From: Nitrospiria bacterium
Lineage (GTDB): Bacteria > Nitrospirota > Nitrospiria > SBBL01 > JAADHI01
Assembly (NCBI GenBank): GCA_945787655.1
Contig: CALZIJ010000008.1
Coordinates: 26,644 to 90,643, forward strand
Reading direction: 5' to 3'
Length of the DNA: 64,000 nucleotides
Shown here: positions 54,522 through 64,000 of the stretch, in pieces
Numbering within the stretch: the first letter of the stretch is position 1
How the letters are laid out: each line of letters begins with the position of its first letter
The notes under the pieces: generated by a model
Database searches by the model: none
What the model saw: only the letters and a program-made list of their open reading frames with translations
What the model was told of the DNA's origin: nothing
Made by a program: the position numbers and the translations under genes

Positions 54522-55433
54522 ATGAAACAAGAACTCACATTACAAGCCCCGGCAAAAATCAACCGATCCCTTAAGGTGCTGAACAAAAGAAATGATGGCT
54601 TTTACAACCTTGAATCGCTGATGCATATGGTGGGTCTTTTCGATCAACTCACCTTTCAGATTGAAAAAAAGGGCATCCAACTCAAAATTTCAAACAGTTC
54701 CCTGCCCTCCAACGCCTCAAACCTGGTTTATCAAGCCGCGGCATTGCTTCAAAAAAAAATGGAAGAAACCGGACACCCGCCAAAAGGCGTAACAATCACA
54801 CTAAAAAAGGAAATTCCTGTCGCTGCGGGGCTTGCCGGAGGGAGTAGTAATGCCGCAGCAACATTGGTGGGACTCAATACCCTTTGGGAATTGTCCTGGC
54901 CCCGAAAAAAGCTGGCCGCCCTGGGTGCGACCCTGGGGAGTGACATCCCTTTTTTTTTCGAGGGGCCATCCGCCTGGATTTCAGGAAGAGGGGAAATCGT
55001 TGATAGCCTTTCAAAAACATGTGAAGGATGGGTCGTACTGGTACACCCTGAAATTTTTGTTTCAACCGCCTCGGTATTCAAGGCATATTCACAAGAAATC
55101 AGGTTGACAAAACCCGGAGCAGCCCTTAATATCACCACAGAAGAAGCACGGCCATCGCCTGAAAATTTGCTTGAGCATCCCTTCAATGATCTCGAAAAAG
55201 TAACACTCAAGCAGTTTCCGGAATTAAACCGTGTTAAGAATGTTCTTTTAGAACTCGGTGGAAAAGGTGTGTTAATGTCAGGCAGCGGCCCGACAATATT
55301 TGCTATTTTTAAACATAAAAAAGAGGCGGAGGAAACAGTAAAGCAGGTACGGCAAAAAATCCAGACTGTTTCATTTAAGGCTTGGGCTGTACCGTTATTG
55401 CAAAAATCACCTTTTGAACATATCCTTTTTTAA
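54522..55433 (+). CDS. ispE: 4-diphosphocytidyl-2-C-methyl-D-erythritol kinase
   Basis: APAKIN, the GHMP kinase motif PVAAGLAGGSSNAAA, and MSGSGPT. Confidence 0.9.
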   Translation: MKQELTLQAPAKINRSLKVLNKRNDGFYNLESLMHMVGLFDQLTFQIEKKGIQLKISNSSLPSNASNLVYQAAALLQKKMEETGHPPKGVTITLKKEIPVAAGLAGGSSNAAATLVGLNTLWELSWPRKKLAALGATLGSDIPFFFEGPSAWISGRGEIVDSLSKTCEGWVVLVHPEIFVSTASVFKAYSQEIRLTKPGAALNITTEEARPSPENLLEHPFNDLEKVTLKQFPELNRVKNVLLELGGKGVLMSGSGPTIFAIFKHKKEAEETVKQVRQKIQTVSFKAWAVPLLQKSPFEHILF

Positions 55434-55442
55434 AAAATTGAC

Positions 55443-55517
55443 TGGGGCGTCGACAAGTGGCAAGTCACGAGATTTTGGATCTCGCATTCCCAGGTTCGAA
55501 CCCTGGCGCCCCAGCCA
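55443..55517 (+). tRNA. tRNA-Gln (anticodon UUG)
   Basis: Hand fold. The acceptor stem TGGGGCG/CGCCCCA has U1:A72, with discriminator G73. The anticodon stem is CGAGA/TCTCG with loop TTTTGGA. The T-arm is CCAGG TTCGAAC CCTGG, and CCA is encoded. Confidence 0.9.
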
Positions 55518-55635
55518 TTTTTTTCTCTTTCACCCCTTCCCAATCTCCATACAGTGATTTTCGGTATAAAAACATGATTTCCATCGGGCAGGTTTTCCAC
55601 GTCAAAATACGCCAATTTTATTTTAGGAGAATAAC

Positions 55636-56100
55636 ATGACTATTTCAGATAAACATGTGGTCACCATCCACTATAAATTAACCGGAGACGACGGGGACAC
55701 CATAGATTCCTCCGAAGGGAAAGACCCTCTGGTTTACCTCCATGGCACTAACAATATTATTCCCGGTCTTGAACGTGCACTTTCTGGAAAAACCACGGGT
55801 GATAGCGTACAAGTCACCGTACAACCTGAAGATGGATATGGACCAATCAACCCCGAATTAATTCAAACCGTGCCTCACAGTGCCTTTGAAGGAATTGATA
55901 CGGTACAACCCGGGATGCAATTTCAAGCCAAAGGCCCCAAGGGAGAAGCACAACTCATTACGGTTCAGTCTGTTAATGACAACGGGGTAATCATCGATGG
56001 GAATCATCCTATGGCCGGTAAAGTGCTGCATTTTGATGTCTCGATTGAGTCCATCCGCGAAGCGACAGAGGAAGAGTTATCACACGGACATGCCCATTAA
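55636..56100 (+). CDS. slyD: FKBP-type peptidyl-prolyl isomerase SlyD
   Basis: The V.I.Y.L...G..IDSS start, the IF-domain insert and the short His-rich tail (SHGHAH) fit SlyD. Confidence 0.85.
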   Translation: MTISDKHVVTIHYKLTGDDGDTIDSSEGKDPLVYLHGTNNIIPGLERALSGKTTGDSVQVTVQPEDGYGPINPELIQTVPHSAFEGIDTVQPGMQFQAKGPKGEAQLITVQSVNDNGVIIDGNHPMAGKVLHFDVSIESIREATEEELSHGHAH

Positions 56101-56167
56101 TACTTGAATAAAAATCCTCCCTTAAGCGAGAAAACTGAATATACGCCCCGCTCGGCCTATTTTATTC

Positions 56168-56632
56168 ATGTTAAAAATTATTTCAGGCGGTCAAACGGGT
56201 GTTGACCGCGCCGCACTGGATACGGCAATGGCATACGGATTTCCCACCGGCGGTTTTTGCTCTGAGGGACGGCAGGCTGAAGATGGAGAAATACCAGAGA
56301 TCTATCCGCTTAAAACCCTTCCTGGAACGGGATACTCGCAAAGAACCGCCCAAAATGTATTCAGCAGTGATGGCACGCTTATCATATATTTTTCGATTTT
56401 ATCCGGGGGAACCCAAGAAACCCTTCATTTCTGCAAGGCCCATAAAAAACCAGTGCTTCTTATTGATGGACACACTGTTTCCGAAATCGATGCCGCGGGG
56501 AAAATACATCGATTCATCCAGGCATACGCCCTCAATGTTCTCAATATCGCGGGCCCACGAGCGAGTGAGGCACCCGCTGCCTATACTTACACCCGTTCAG
56601 TACTTCATCATTTTTTTGAAAAAAGTGAATGA
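56168..56632 (+). CDS. SLOG-fold 'putative molybdenum carrier' (YpsA-like) family protein
   Basis: IISGGQTGVDRAALD.A.....GG.C..GR.AEDG.IP..Y matches the family motif as I recall it. Confidence 0.6.
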   Translation: MLKIISGGQTGVDRAALDTAMAYGFPTGGFCSEGRQAEDGEIPEIYPLKTLPGTGYSQRTAQNVFSSDGTLIIYFSILSGGTQETLHFCKAHKKPVLLIDGHTVSEIDAAGKIHRFIQAYALNVLNIAGPRASEAPAAYTYTRSVLHHFFEKSE

Positions 56633-56678
56633 TAAAGGCTTCAGAAAAGAATTTCCGACCACACCATATCCGGTTCCC

Positions 56679-57407
56679 TCAAGTATCGCTGTGGAAAGGG
56701 ATCTCAGAGATCGTCTTCGATGCCGCCTCGCGCATTTGAATATGCTTTTTATTTGAAGCAAGGTAGGATGAATAGAAACGCATGACTTTATTCGCGTATC
56801 GGGTCGGAATTCTTCGGCCCCGTCTCAGCCAGCGCTGCACCTTAGTCGGCCCGAAATTATAGGCCGCCAAGGCAATACGGATATCGCCAAACCGCTTGTT
56901 CAATACATGAAGATAGTGTATTCCCAGCCGAATGTTAACATAAGGGTCGAACAATCGCTGGTTTTGCTCATTCCATGCAATTTGATTTACTTTTGCCAGC
57001 GCTTTCCCGGTCTCTGGAATAATCTGCATCATTCCAAGCGCGCCCTTGTTTGAAACGGCCCAATTATAAAAAGAACTTTCTGTTGAAATAAGCGCCAGAA
57101 TGAGTTCAGGCTCAAAACCATATTTTTTACTTTCTTCTGAAATAAACGCGACAAGCTTCTCATCTTCTGTCGGGTGTAGGCCTGTATGATAACGCGCCAG
57201 AATTTGCGTCATATGTTCTTTTCGATAAGGATGTATGCCGCCATCGCGGTGTTCAAGCTGTCGTTTTTTGGCTTCAGCCTTTAAGAGCGCCGCTTTGGGA
57301 ACTGGGCCAGGAACTGCCAGCCCATTGCTCAAGGTCATCAGCAAGACCAAACAGACCGACATGATGACAACCCACTTTCTTTTTTTTATTTTTTGTATGC
57401 TTTGCAT
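56679..57407 (-). CDS. Soluble lytic transglycosylase-domain protein
   Basis: ESSFYNWAVSNKGALGMMQI with the catalytic Glu, and AYNFGP. The start was moved to the Met at 57407 (MQSIQKIKKRKWVVIMSVCLVLL is a signal/anchor), which removes the overlap with the Smr gene. Confidence 0.8.
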   Translation of the reverse strand: MQSIQKIKKRKWVVIMSVCLVLLMTLSNGLAVPGPVPKAALLKAEAKKRQLEHRDGGIHPYRKEHMTQILARYHTGLHPTEDEKLVAFISEESKKYGFEPELILALISTESSFYNWAVSNKGALGMMQIIPETGKALAKVNQIAWNEQNQRLFDPYVNIRLGIHYLHVLNKRFGDIRIALAAYNFGPTKVQRWLRRGRRIPTRYANKVMRFYSSYLASNKKHIQMREAASKTISEIPFHSDT

Positions 57408-57472
57408 ATCAGGAGAAGATAACAAGGGTGCCTCCACCGGGTCAATCCCCCCGAACGAGGGGGCAATGGGTG

Positions 57473-57823
57473 TTACCGATCCAGCTTCAATGTCACAATC
57501 GTTACCGCATCCCCCCCTTCCCACGGATCTCCGGGGCGGGAAGAGAAGACATACACGGACGTTTTTAGATAATCCCGGACAGCGGATTTCAGCTTGCCCG
57601 CACCGTGGCCATGGATGATTTTCACCTCGTTTTCAATAGATAACATGGCTTGATCCAAAAAACGCTCCAGGCGCTCAATCCCTTCCTCAACAAATTCACC
57701 ATGCAAGTCGATTGTGGCTTCAAAACCATCAACATCCACTATTATTTGCCTTGAAATCAAGCGATTGTATGGCTCGCGAACCACGAGAAAGGATGTCAGG
57801 GGACTTGCAGAATGTGCTTTCAA
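57473..57823 (-). CDS. Stand-alone Smr-domain protein
   Basis: IDLHG....E....L..FL, then IIHGHGAGKLKSAVRDYL, is the Smr signature. Confidence 0.75.
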   Translation of the reverse strand: MKAHSASPLTSFLVVREPYNRLISRQIIVDVDGFEATIDLHGEFVEEGIERLERFLDQAMLSIENEVKIIHGHGAGKLKSAVRDYLKTSVYVFSSRPGDPWEGGDAVTIVTLKLDR

Positions 57824-57896
57824 TCGATAAAATCATTTTTCAGCACCTTGATTTTGAGGAATAAAATATCAGATTCAAACAAAGAGTACAAGACTT

Positions 57897-59351
57897 GTGG
57901 GATTAAGCGCCCGTCAGTTATCATCTGTCATCACAGAAATATCTTCGGATTTGACGGGAGGCATGATCCGAAAAATCTATCAGCCTTCCAGACAAACGAT
58001 CCTGTTTGAAATTGAAAAAAACCGGAAACGGCATCTGCTTCTTTTTTCCGCCCACCCTCAATTTTCACGCTGCCATCTCATCCTAAACAAAATAGAGGGT
58101 CCTAAAACCCCACCCAATTTTTGTCAATTATTGCGTGCCCGCTTGCGGCACAAACGGATAGATTCCATTAAACAATGGAATGAAGACCGAATACTTCATA
58201 TTTCGGCCAAATGGCCCAATGATGATCAGATAAGCGCCACTTTTGTGGCTGAATTAACCGGAATGACCTCTAATTTTTTCCTATTGGACAACAAAGAAAC
58301 AATCCTCGGTTTTTTAAAAATCCCGCCTCCAAGCCGGAACCAGGCCCAAGGACAACTTTATCACGCCCCATCCTTTAAAATAAGCGGGAAGCTGAAAGAG
58401 GCCCCCGTTCATCCTTCAAACGACGGGCCATACCCTCTTAATCAGGCAATAGAAACCTTGTATGGTCGTTTAGAAAAACAAGAAGATGAGACCCGAAAAA
58501 AGAAAGAAATCCTGACTCAAATAGAGAGAAGTATCCGCCAATGCAAAAAAAAAGAGGTGCGCTTACAGTCACGTTATACGGAAGCCCAAAAATCCATACA
58601 ATATCAACGCTACGGAGAATTTTTGAAATCCCGACTGCATGAAATTAAACCGGGCACCACTCAACTGATGGTAGACCATCGTTTTTCGGGCACAAACACC
58701 AACGCGATAGAAACGGTTGTCCAGCTCGATCCGGATTTATCTCCAGTGGAGAATATGAATCGATTTTTTAAACGTTATAAAAAGGGGCAATCTACCTTAA
58801 TCAATCTCACGCCATTGATCGAAAACAACCATAAACGCCTGAAACAACTTGAAACAGAAAGAAAGCAATGGCTTGATAATACAAACATAGACTTCCCCTC
58901 ACTTCCTTCAAATCCGCTTTATGTAAAACCGAATAGAGGGAAAACCCCGAAAGGGCCTCCCGTTTATCTGTCTTCCAATGACCTCCATATTATTGTCGGA
59001 CGAAGTCGTCACGAAAATGAAGAGATTACCTTTGGCATGGCGCGTGGAAACGATCTTTGGCTTCACGCCCGCGGCGTCTCAGGAAGCCACGTCCTCATCC
59101 AGCTTGCGGGTCGGAAAGAGGCTCCATATCCCACGTTGCTCGATGCCGCGCAACTGGCTCTGCATTTTAGTCAATATAAAAAAGAAGGGCGGGGGGAGGT
59201 CATGTACACCTATAAAAAATATGTCAAAAGACCTAAAAACGGAAAGGCGGGCAGCGTGATTTGTTCACAAGAAAAAACAATTTATCTTGAAATAAATACA
59301 AACCGGCTCAATAAAATCTTGGAAAACCGCCTGAAAACTCACCAGAAATAG
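57897..59351 (+). CDS. NFACT-family protein (RqcH/FbpA-like; NFACT-N + coiled coil + DUF814/NFACT-R)
   Basis: The N-terminal segment L..V..EI...L.GG.I.KIYQP resembles NFACT-N. A central K/E-rich coiled coil follows. The C-terminal IIVGRS..ENE.ITF.......DLWLHARGVSGSHVLI is the DUF814 motif. Confidence 0.7.
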   Translation: MGLSARQLSSVITEISSDLTGGMIRKIYQPSRQTILFEIEKNRKRHLLLFSAHPQFSRCHLILNKIEGPKTPPNFCQLLRARLRHKRIDSIKQWNEDRILHISAKWPNDDQISATFVAELTGMTSNFFLLDNKETILGFLKIPPPSRNQAQGQLYHAPSFKISGKLKEAPVHPSNDGPYPLNQAIETLYGRLEKQEDETRKKKEILTQIERSIRQCKKKEVRLQSRYTEAQKSIQYQRYGEFLKSRLHEIKPGTTQLMVDHRFSGTNTNAIETVVQLDPDLSPVENMNRFFKRYKKGQSTLINLTPLIENNHKRLKQLETERKQWLDNTNIDFPSLPSNPLYVKPNRGKTPKGPPVYLSSNDLHIIVGRSRHENEEITFGMARGNDLWLHARGVSGSHVLIQLAGRKEAPYPTLLDAAQLALHFSQYKKEGRGEVMYTYKKYVKRPKNGKAGSVICSQEKTIYLEINTNRLNKILENRLKTHQK

Positions 59352-59364
59352 AAGCGAAATAGTA

Positions 59365-60492
59365 TCAGGAAGACACCGACACCATATCCCTGCCTTTGGT
59401 TTTTGATTCATACATGGCCCGGTCCGCCAAATGAATGAGTTCCGTTCGCCCACCGGCGTGTTCCGGATAACTGGCAATACCGAAACTGGCTGTAATTTGC
59501 AAAGACAAGCCTTCTTTTTCCAAAAACTTGTGTTCCCGAATTGCAGTCCGAACACGTTCGGCCACTTGGGTTGCCCGCTTTACATTGGTATTGGGAAGCA
59601 ATACTACGAATTCATCACCGCCATACCGCACGATGACATCCACGGCCCGTAAACTGTCGATCAGAATTCCAGCCATCTCAACCAACACCTGACTTCCCAT
59701 AAGGTGACCATGGGTATCATTCACTTGTTTAAAAAAATCGAGATCAATAAATATAAGGGAGAGCAAGCTTTTATAACGCCGGCTCCGTTTCATCTCCACT
59801 TCCAAAACCCGGTCAAGATAACGGAGGTTATACAGGTGGGTTAAATCATCCGTCGTCACCAGGTCAGACATTTTTCGGTAAATATCCGAACGCTCAATCG
59901 CCGGCCCTGAGAGGTCCACCAATCTTTCCAGCAAAGAAAGATCATATTCTGTAAACCCCCTTTTATCCAATGCATTGACCAATTGAATGACACCCAACAC
60001 TTGCTTTTTGCACGTGATTGGAAAACAGAGTACGGATTGGGCCTGAATATGAGGATAAAATTTATCAGCATCAATGACATTCTGCATGGCAAGATTAGGA
60101 ATAATAACCGGCTTTCCCCGTTGCGCCGCCTGGCCTGCCGGCCCTTCCCCGAATTTGATCGCCACCTTTTTTAGCTGGCTAAATGTATTCCCCTTGGCGA
60201 GGATATGATGAAGGATCTTTGAAGACTCATTTAAAAGGAGTAACGACCAATCTTCACAACGAACCAACCGTCTTGAAGCAGACAGCATTACCCGCAACAC
60301 CCGGTTAAATTCCAGGGATGCGGTTAATGTTTTGGCTGTTTTGATATAAAAATCAAGTTCCCAGTCTTTTTGGCGCAAAGTCGATTTTAAGACTTTGTTC
60401 TCCTGGAAATTCGGGGGGCGCTTTCGCTGGTTTGGAAGATTTTTTTTATTCTTTTGAAGTGGTCTATTCTTCACACCTATTTTCCACAGCAC
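59365..60492 (-). CDS. GAF-GGDEF diguanylate cyclase
   Basis: A GAF-like sensor segment, then RYGGDEF with the upstream D.D.FK..ND..GH motif. The predicted start overlaps the secA stop by 16 nt. Confidence 0.85.
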   Translation of the reverse strand: MLWKIGVKNRPLQKNKKNLPNQRKRPPNFQENKVLKSTLRQKDWELDFYIKTAKTLTASLEFNRVLRVMLSASRRLVRCEDWSLLLLNESSKILHHILAKGNTFSQLKKVAIKFGEGPAGQAAQRGKPVIIPNLAMQNVIDADKFYPHIQAQSVLCFPITCKKQVLGVIQLVNALDKRGFTEYDLSLLERLVDLSGPAIERSDIYRKMSDLVTTDDLTHLYNLRYLDRVLEVEMKRSRRYKSLLSLIFIDLDFFKQVNDTHGHLMGSQVLVEMAGILIDSLRAVDVIVRYGGDEFVVLLPNTNVKRATQVAERVRTAIREHKFLEKEGLSLQITASFGIASYPEHAGGRTELIHLADRAMYESKTKGRDMVSVSS

Positions 60493-63167
60493 TTTTTATA
60501 TTTTTTCCCGCTCCCGCAGGTACAGGGATCATTCCTTCCTACTTTTTTTTCCTGACGTTGAATGGTTTTTGGAGCGGCAGATTCTCCGCGGTTCATTTGC
60601 ATGGGTTGTGTCTTTTTAAATGCGGAAGTCACTTGCTCAACTTTTTCGTCTTCATTGACCAACTGAACATGAAATAGCTGTTCGATTGTATCTCGTTTTA
60701 TACGGTCAATCATGCCGGAAAACATATCAAAACCTTCTTTTTTATATTCACTCAAAGGCTCTTTCTGTCCATACCCTCGAAGACCGATCCCTTCCTTGAG
60801 ACTGTCCATTGCCAAAAGGTGATCCTTCCACTGCACATCAATCATCCGTAAAAAGATTTGTTTTTCCAGGGTTTGAATGAGTTCTTTTCTAAAGCCATCA
60901 TGTTTTTTTTCATAAAAAAGACGAGCACGTTCTAAAATTTCGCCCCGTAATGCGTCCCGGCCTGTTTTTGAAAAATCAAAATCTTCCTTCACACTGGAAA
61001 GGCCGAAGAGATGTGTTAAGCCTTCGGCAAGTCCCTCATCATTCCATGCTTCTGAATAAGATTCTTCAGGGCAATGAATATCAAGTAACTCATCCACCTG
61101 CTCTTCAATCATGTCCTGAATGTCTTCGCTGATATCTTCTTTCGAGAGCACTTCGCGGCGTCGGTCATAAATCACCATCCGCTGTTTGTTCATGACATCA
61201 TCATATTCGAGCAGCTGTTTTCTAATATCAAAGTTATGACCTTCAACCCGTTTCTGCGCATTCTCTATGGCCTTTGTCACCATACCATGCTCAATGGGAA
61301 CGCCTTCTTCCATGCCCAAACGGCTCATCAAGTTAGAAATTTTATCCGATCCAAAAATCCTAAGCAGATCATCTTCAAGAGATAAATAAAATCGTGAGGA
61401 ACCGGGGTCACCCTGCCGTCCGGCACGTCCCCGTAACTGGTTGTCGACGCGCCGGGATTCATGGCGCTCGGTTCCAATAATATGCAGCCCTCCCTCATTA
61501 AGGACTTCTTTTCTTTCCGCTTCGATTTCCTTATTAATCTTTTCTTTGGCCGCCTCAAGGGCTTCGGGTGAGGCATCCGGGTGTTGACGCTCGTATTGCC
61601 TGAATAAAAATTCAGCATTTCCTCCTAAAAGAATATCTGTTCCCCGTCCAGCCATATTGGTCGCGATTGTTACGGCGCCTTTTCTTCCTGCCTGTGAAAT
61701 AATCTCCGCTTCCTTTTCATGATATTTTGCATTTAAAACAAAGTGAGGGATGCCGTTTCGTTTTAACAACGCCCCGATTTGCTCTGATTTTTCAATGGAG
61801 ATTGTCCCCACAAGCACGGGCCGTCCTATCTTATTGTACTCGATAATTTGCTCAACGATGGCATTAAATTTTTCTTTTTCAGTCCGGTAGATGACATCCG
61901 GTTCATTAATTCTGGTCATCGGTCGGTTTGTTGGCAAAACAATCACTTCAAGATTATATATTTTTTGAAACTCAGCGGCCTCTGTGTCTGCCGTACCGGT
62001 CATTCCCCCCAGCTTTTCATACAGCCTGAAATAGTTTTGGAAGGTGATCGATGCGAGCGTTTGATTCTCATTCGCAATTTTGACGCCTTCCTTCGCTTCT
62101 GTTGCCTGGTGCAGCCCATCACTCCAGCGTCGGCCAGGCATCATCCGTCCGGTAAATTCATCAACAATAATGACTTCACCATCCTTGACCACATAATCCA
62201 CATCCTTTTTAAACAGGACATGGGCTTTTAAGGCCTGCATCACATGGTGTACGAGCGCGATGTTTGATAAATCATAAAGGTTTTCGACACCCAGTAATTT
62301 TTCAACTTTGGCGTTTCCCTCTTCTGTCAGGGTGGCGGTTTTTGTTTTTTCCTCGATCGTGTAATCTTCATCTTTTTTAAGTTGGGGGATAATCTGATTC
62401 ACACGATAGTACAACTCGGTAGAATTTTCTGCCGGCCCCGAAATAATCAATGGTGTTCTGGCTTCATCGATTAAGATACTGTCGACCTCGTCAATAATGG
62501 CGAAATAATGTTTCCGCTGGACAAAGCTTGAGGGGTCAAACTTCATATTGTCCCGAAGATAATCAAAACCAAATTCGTTATTTGTTCCGTAAGTGACATC
62601 CGCATGATAAGCCGCCTGACGGTCCTCGTCCGGCTCATCATGCTGGATAATGCCAACAGTTAACCCTAAAAATCGGTACAACTGCCCCATCCATTCTGAA
62701 TCCCTGCCCGCAAGATAATCATTGACCGTGACGACATGGACCCCTCTGCGCGTGAGTGCATTCAAATAAACCGGTAAAGTCGCAACGAGCGTTTTTCCTT
62801 CGCCCGTTTTCATTTCAGCGATCTTTCCTTCATGAAGTACCGCCCCGCCTAAAATCTGGACATCAAAATGCCGCATCCCCAAAACACGCTTCGATGCCTC
62901 ACGCACAACGGCAAAAGCCTCGGGCAAAATCGCGTCCAGACCTTCTGAAAGGGCTTTTTCATCGTAAATTTCCGGTAGATCGCCTGTTTCCGGAATATTG
63001 AGTTTTTTCCTGAACTCTGAAGTTTTTTCCCGAAGTGCTTCATCTGAAAGGGTTGAAATTGAGGCTTCCAAATCATTCACTTGTGATACAATTGGCCAAA
63101 GACGCTTTAGTTCCCGGTCATTCCTGCTCCCGATTACCTTTCTGACGAGACGATTGACACCTAACAT
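60477..63167 (-). CDS. secA: Preprotein translocase ATPase SecA
   Basis: The N-terminus is MLG...[25 protein letters not shown] Walker A and a [19 protein letters not shown] motif are present. The C-terminal zinc finger is [14 protein letters not shown]. The start was set to the ATG at 63167, after AAGGAG. Confidence 0.95.
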   Translation of the reverse strand: MLGVNRLVRKVIGSRNDRELKRLWPIVSQVNDLEASISTLSDEALREKTSEFRKKLNIPETGDLPEIYDEKALSEGLDAILPEAFAVVREASKRVLGMRHFDVQILGGAVLHEGKIAEMKTGEGKTLVATLPVYLNALTRRGVHVVTVNDYLAGRDSEWMGQLYRFLGLTVGIIQHDEPDEDRQAAYHADVTYGTNNEFGFDYLRDNMKFDPSSFVQRKHYFAIIDEVDSILIDEARTPLIISGPAENSTELYYRVNQIIPQLKKDEDYTIEEKTKTATLTEEGNAKVEKLLGVENLYDLSNIALVHHVMQALKAHVLFKKDVDYVVKDGEVIIVDEFTGRMMPGRRWSDGLHQATEAKEGVKIANENQTLASITFQNYFRLYEKLGGMTGTADTEAAEFQKIYNLEVIVLPTNRPMTRINEPDVIYRTEKEKFNAIVEQIIEYNKIGRPVLVGTISIEKSEQIGALLKRNGIPHFVLNAKYHEKEAEIISQAGRKGAVTIATNMAGRGTDILLGGNAEFLFRQYERQHPDASPEALEAAKEKINKEIEAERKEVLNEGGLHIIGTERHESRRVDNQLRGRAGRQGDPGSSRFYLSLEDDLLRIFGSDKISNLMSRLGMEEGVPIEHGMVTKAIENAQKRVEGHNFDIRKQLLEYDDVMNKQRMVIYDRRREVLSKEDISEDIQDMIEEQVDELLDIHCPEESYSEAWNDEGLAEGLTHLFGLSSVKEDFDFSKTGRDALRGEILERARLFYEKKHDGFRKELIQTLEKQIFLRMIDVQWKDHLLAMDSLKEGIGLRGYGQKEPLSEYKKEGFDMFSGMIDRIKRDTIEQLFHVQLVNEDEKVEQVTSAFKKTQPMQMNRGESAAPKTIQRQEKKVGRNDPCTCGSGKKYKKCCGK

Positions 63168-63237
63168 TATGTTCTCCTTAAAAAAGGGCAAAAGATTTCA
63201 AATTATTTTAGCATAGGCTTTTTTTTCTTGCCATTGT

Positions 63238-63273
63238 AAAAAAAAACCCCGGCAAGGGGAAACCCTGCCGGGG
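63238..63273 (-). terminator. Intrinsic terminator after cspA
   Basis: On the minus strand, CCCCGGCAGGG TTTC CCCTTGCCGGGG is followed by a T9 tract. Confidence 0.6.
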
Positions 63274-63296
63274 CATTGACCTAAAAAACAAATACC

Positions 63297-63503
63297 TTAA
63301 TCGGATGGGACAACATCAGAGGCTTGGGGTCCTTTTTCACCCTGAATTACCTCAAACTCAACCGCTTGTCCTTCAGACAATGTTTTAAAACCCTCACCTT
63401 GAATCGCCGAGAAATGAACAAAGACATCGTCTCCTTCTTCTCTCTCGATAAACCCAAACCCCTTTTTTTCATTAAACCATTTTACTTTTCCTTTGACCGC
63501 CAT
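63297..63503 (-). CDS. cspA: Cold-shock protein (CspA family)
   Basis: [15 protein letters not shown] (RNP1) and DVFVHFSAI (RNP2). The start was set to MAVKGKV. Confidence 0.9.
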   Translation of the reverse strand: MAVKGKVKWFNEKKGFGFIEREEGDDVFVHFSAIQGEGFKTLSEGQAVEFEVIQGEKGPQASDVVPSD

Positions 63504-63656
63504 CTGCCCTACAAACCTCCTTTTTCCCAAATACAACACATTCTGACATGCGCCGCATTAGAGTTGATAAACCAAGAAAAGTCCGGCCATCGCCTCATTC
63601 AAGTCCAAGCTCTTCTTGTCTTGCACCGGGGCAAATTCCCCCCTAAAAGTCTGCTC

Positions 63657-64000
63657 CTAATTTAGGATATATCGCATCGGATCAATTGCTACTTTATTTA
63701 CAGAGACTTCATAGTGGAGGTGTGGGCCAGTCGAAAGTCCAGTGTTACCGACATAAGCAATAACGTCTCCCCGTTTTACTTTTTGACCGACCTTTACAGC
63801 AATCTTAGAAAGATGTCCATAATGGGTTACAATACCGTAGCCATGATTGATTTTAAGAAATCGGCCAAACCCGCCATTAAAACGAGAATAACTAACAACC
63901 CCTGAAGCAGGCGCAATGATGGGTGTCCCTGGTCGAGCGGCAATATCTATCCCGTTGTGATTTTGGAGACGACCCGAAAAGGGAGATATTCGCTTGCCAA
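63657..64000 (-). CDS. M23 (LytM-type) peptidase, 5' end outside window
   Basis: Hand translation of the minus strand gives ...HNGIDIAARPGTPIIAPASGVV...HGYGIVTHYGHLSKI.VK.GQKVKRGDVIAYVGNTGLSTGPHLHYEV. It is absent from the track because it runs off the window. Confidence 0.8.
   Translation of the reverse strand, partial: GKRISPFSGRLQNHNGIDIAARPGTPIIAPASGVVSYSRFNGGFGRFLKINHGYGIVTHYGHLSKIAVKVGQKVKRGDVIAYVGNTGLSTGPHLHYEVSVNKVAIDPMRYILN

Noticed and set aside
56199-56756. 185-aa plus-strand ORF overlapping the SLOG/MoCo-carrier-like gene in another frame.
   Set aside because: The alternative frame of 56168..56632 carries the recognisable GGQTGVDRAAL motif. The 185-aa frame has no features and runs into the convergent transglycosylase gene.
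1-64000. Search for CRISPR arrays, IS elements, integrases next to the two tRNAs, prophage or toxin-antitoxin modules.
   Set aside because: I saw no direct-repeat/spacer arrays, no transposase or integrase-like ORFs, and no terminal inverted repeats. The tRNA flanks hold ordinary genes (nuclease homologue, ispE, slyD).

Overview
This is a 64-kb chromosomal segment from a diderm (Gram-negative) bacterium. All calls come from reading the sequence and the ORF track. No database search was run, and family names rest on motifs recalled from memory.

Housekeeping genes make up about half the window: ftsY-ybeY-phoH, queD, accD, ahcY-metK, cobB, aroE, ispE, slyD, secA, cspA, tRNA-Ala(GGC) and tRNA-Gln(UUG). 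A pilB-pilT-pilC-pilS-pilR type IV pilus block is also present.

Two accessory regions stand out.

1. Bases 1-13577 hold a co-directional minus-strand locus of eight genes, and every product carries a Sec or lipoprotein signal.
- Three are paralogous small secreted proteins.
- Three are outer-membrane (OM) beta-barrel candidates. One looks DUF1302-like and one is a ~1040-aa TPR + barrel fusion.
- Two are giant lipoproteins. The last was missed by the ORF track because it runs off the window.
- No cytoplasmic or inner-membrane partner is encoded. This is my best candidate for an undescribed cell-surface secretion or assembly system.

2. Bases 24.6-40.5 kb hold two CydA-like (cytochrome bd-like) membrane proteins.
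- One sits in an operon with three c-type cytochromes and an ethylbenzene-dehydrogenase-like (EB_dh) heme domain that is split by an apparent +1 frameshift.
- A duplicated diheme cytochrome c, small TM ORFs and an FGE-family gene also lie in this region.
- This resembles the uncharacterised bd-like oxidase clusters noted in nitrite-, iron- and manganese-oxidising Nitrospirota/Nitrospinota-type genomes. The taxonomy is only an inference.

Smaller oddities:
- an orphan GspE/PilB-like ATPase with an MshEN-type motif and a C-terminal double zinc ribbon
- a pil block lacking the pilin gene
- a divergent Smr/NFACT pair
- a secreted nuclease homologue with DRGH changed to DRGQ
- an orphan terminator opposite a small ORF

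I saw no CRISPR array, rRNA, transposase or integrase.
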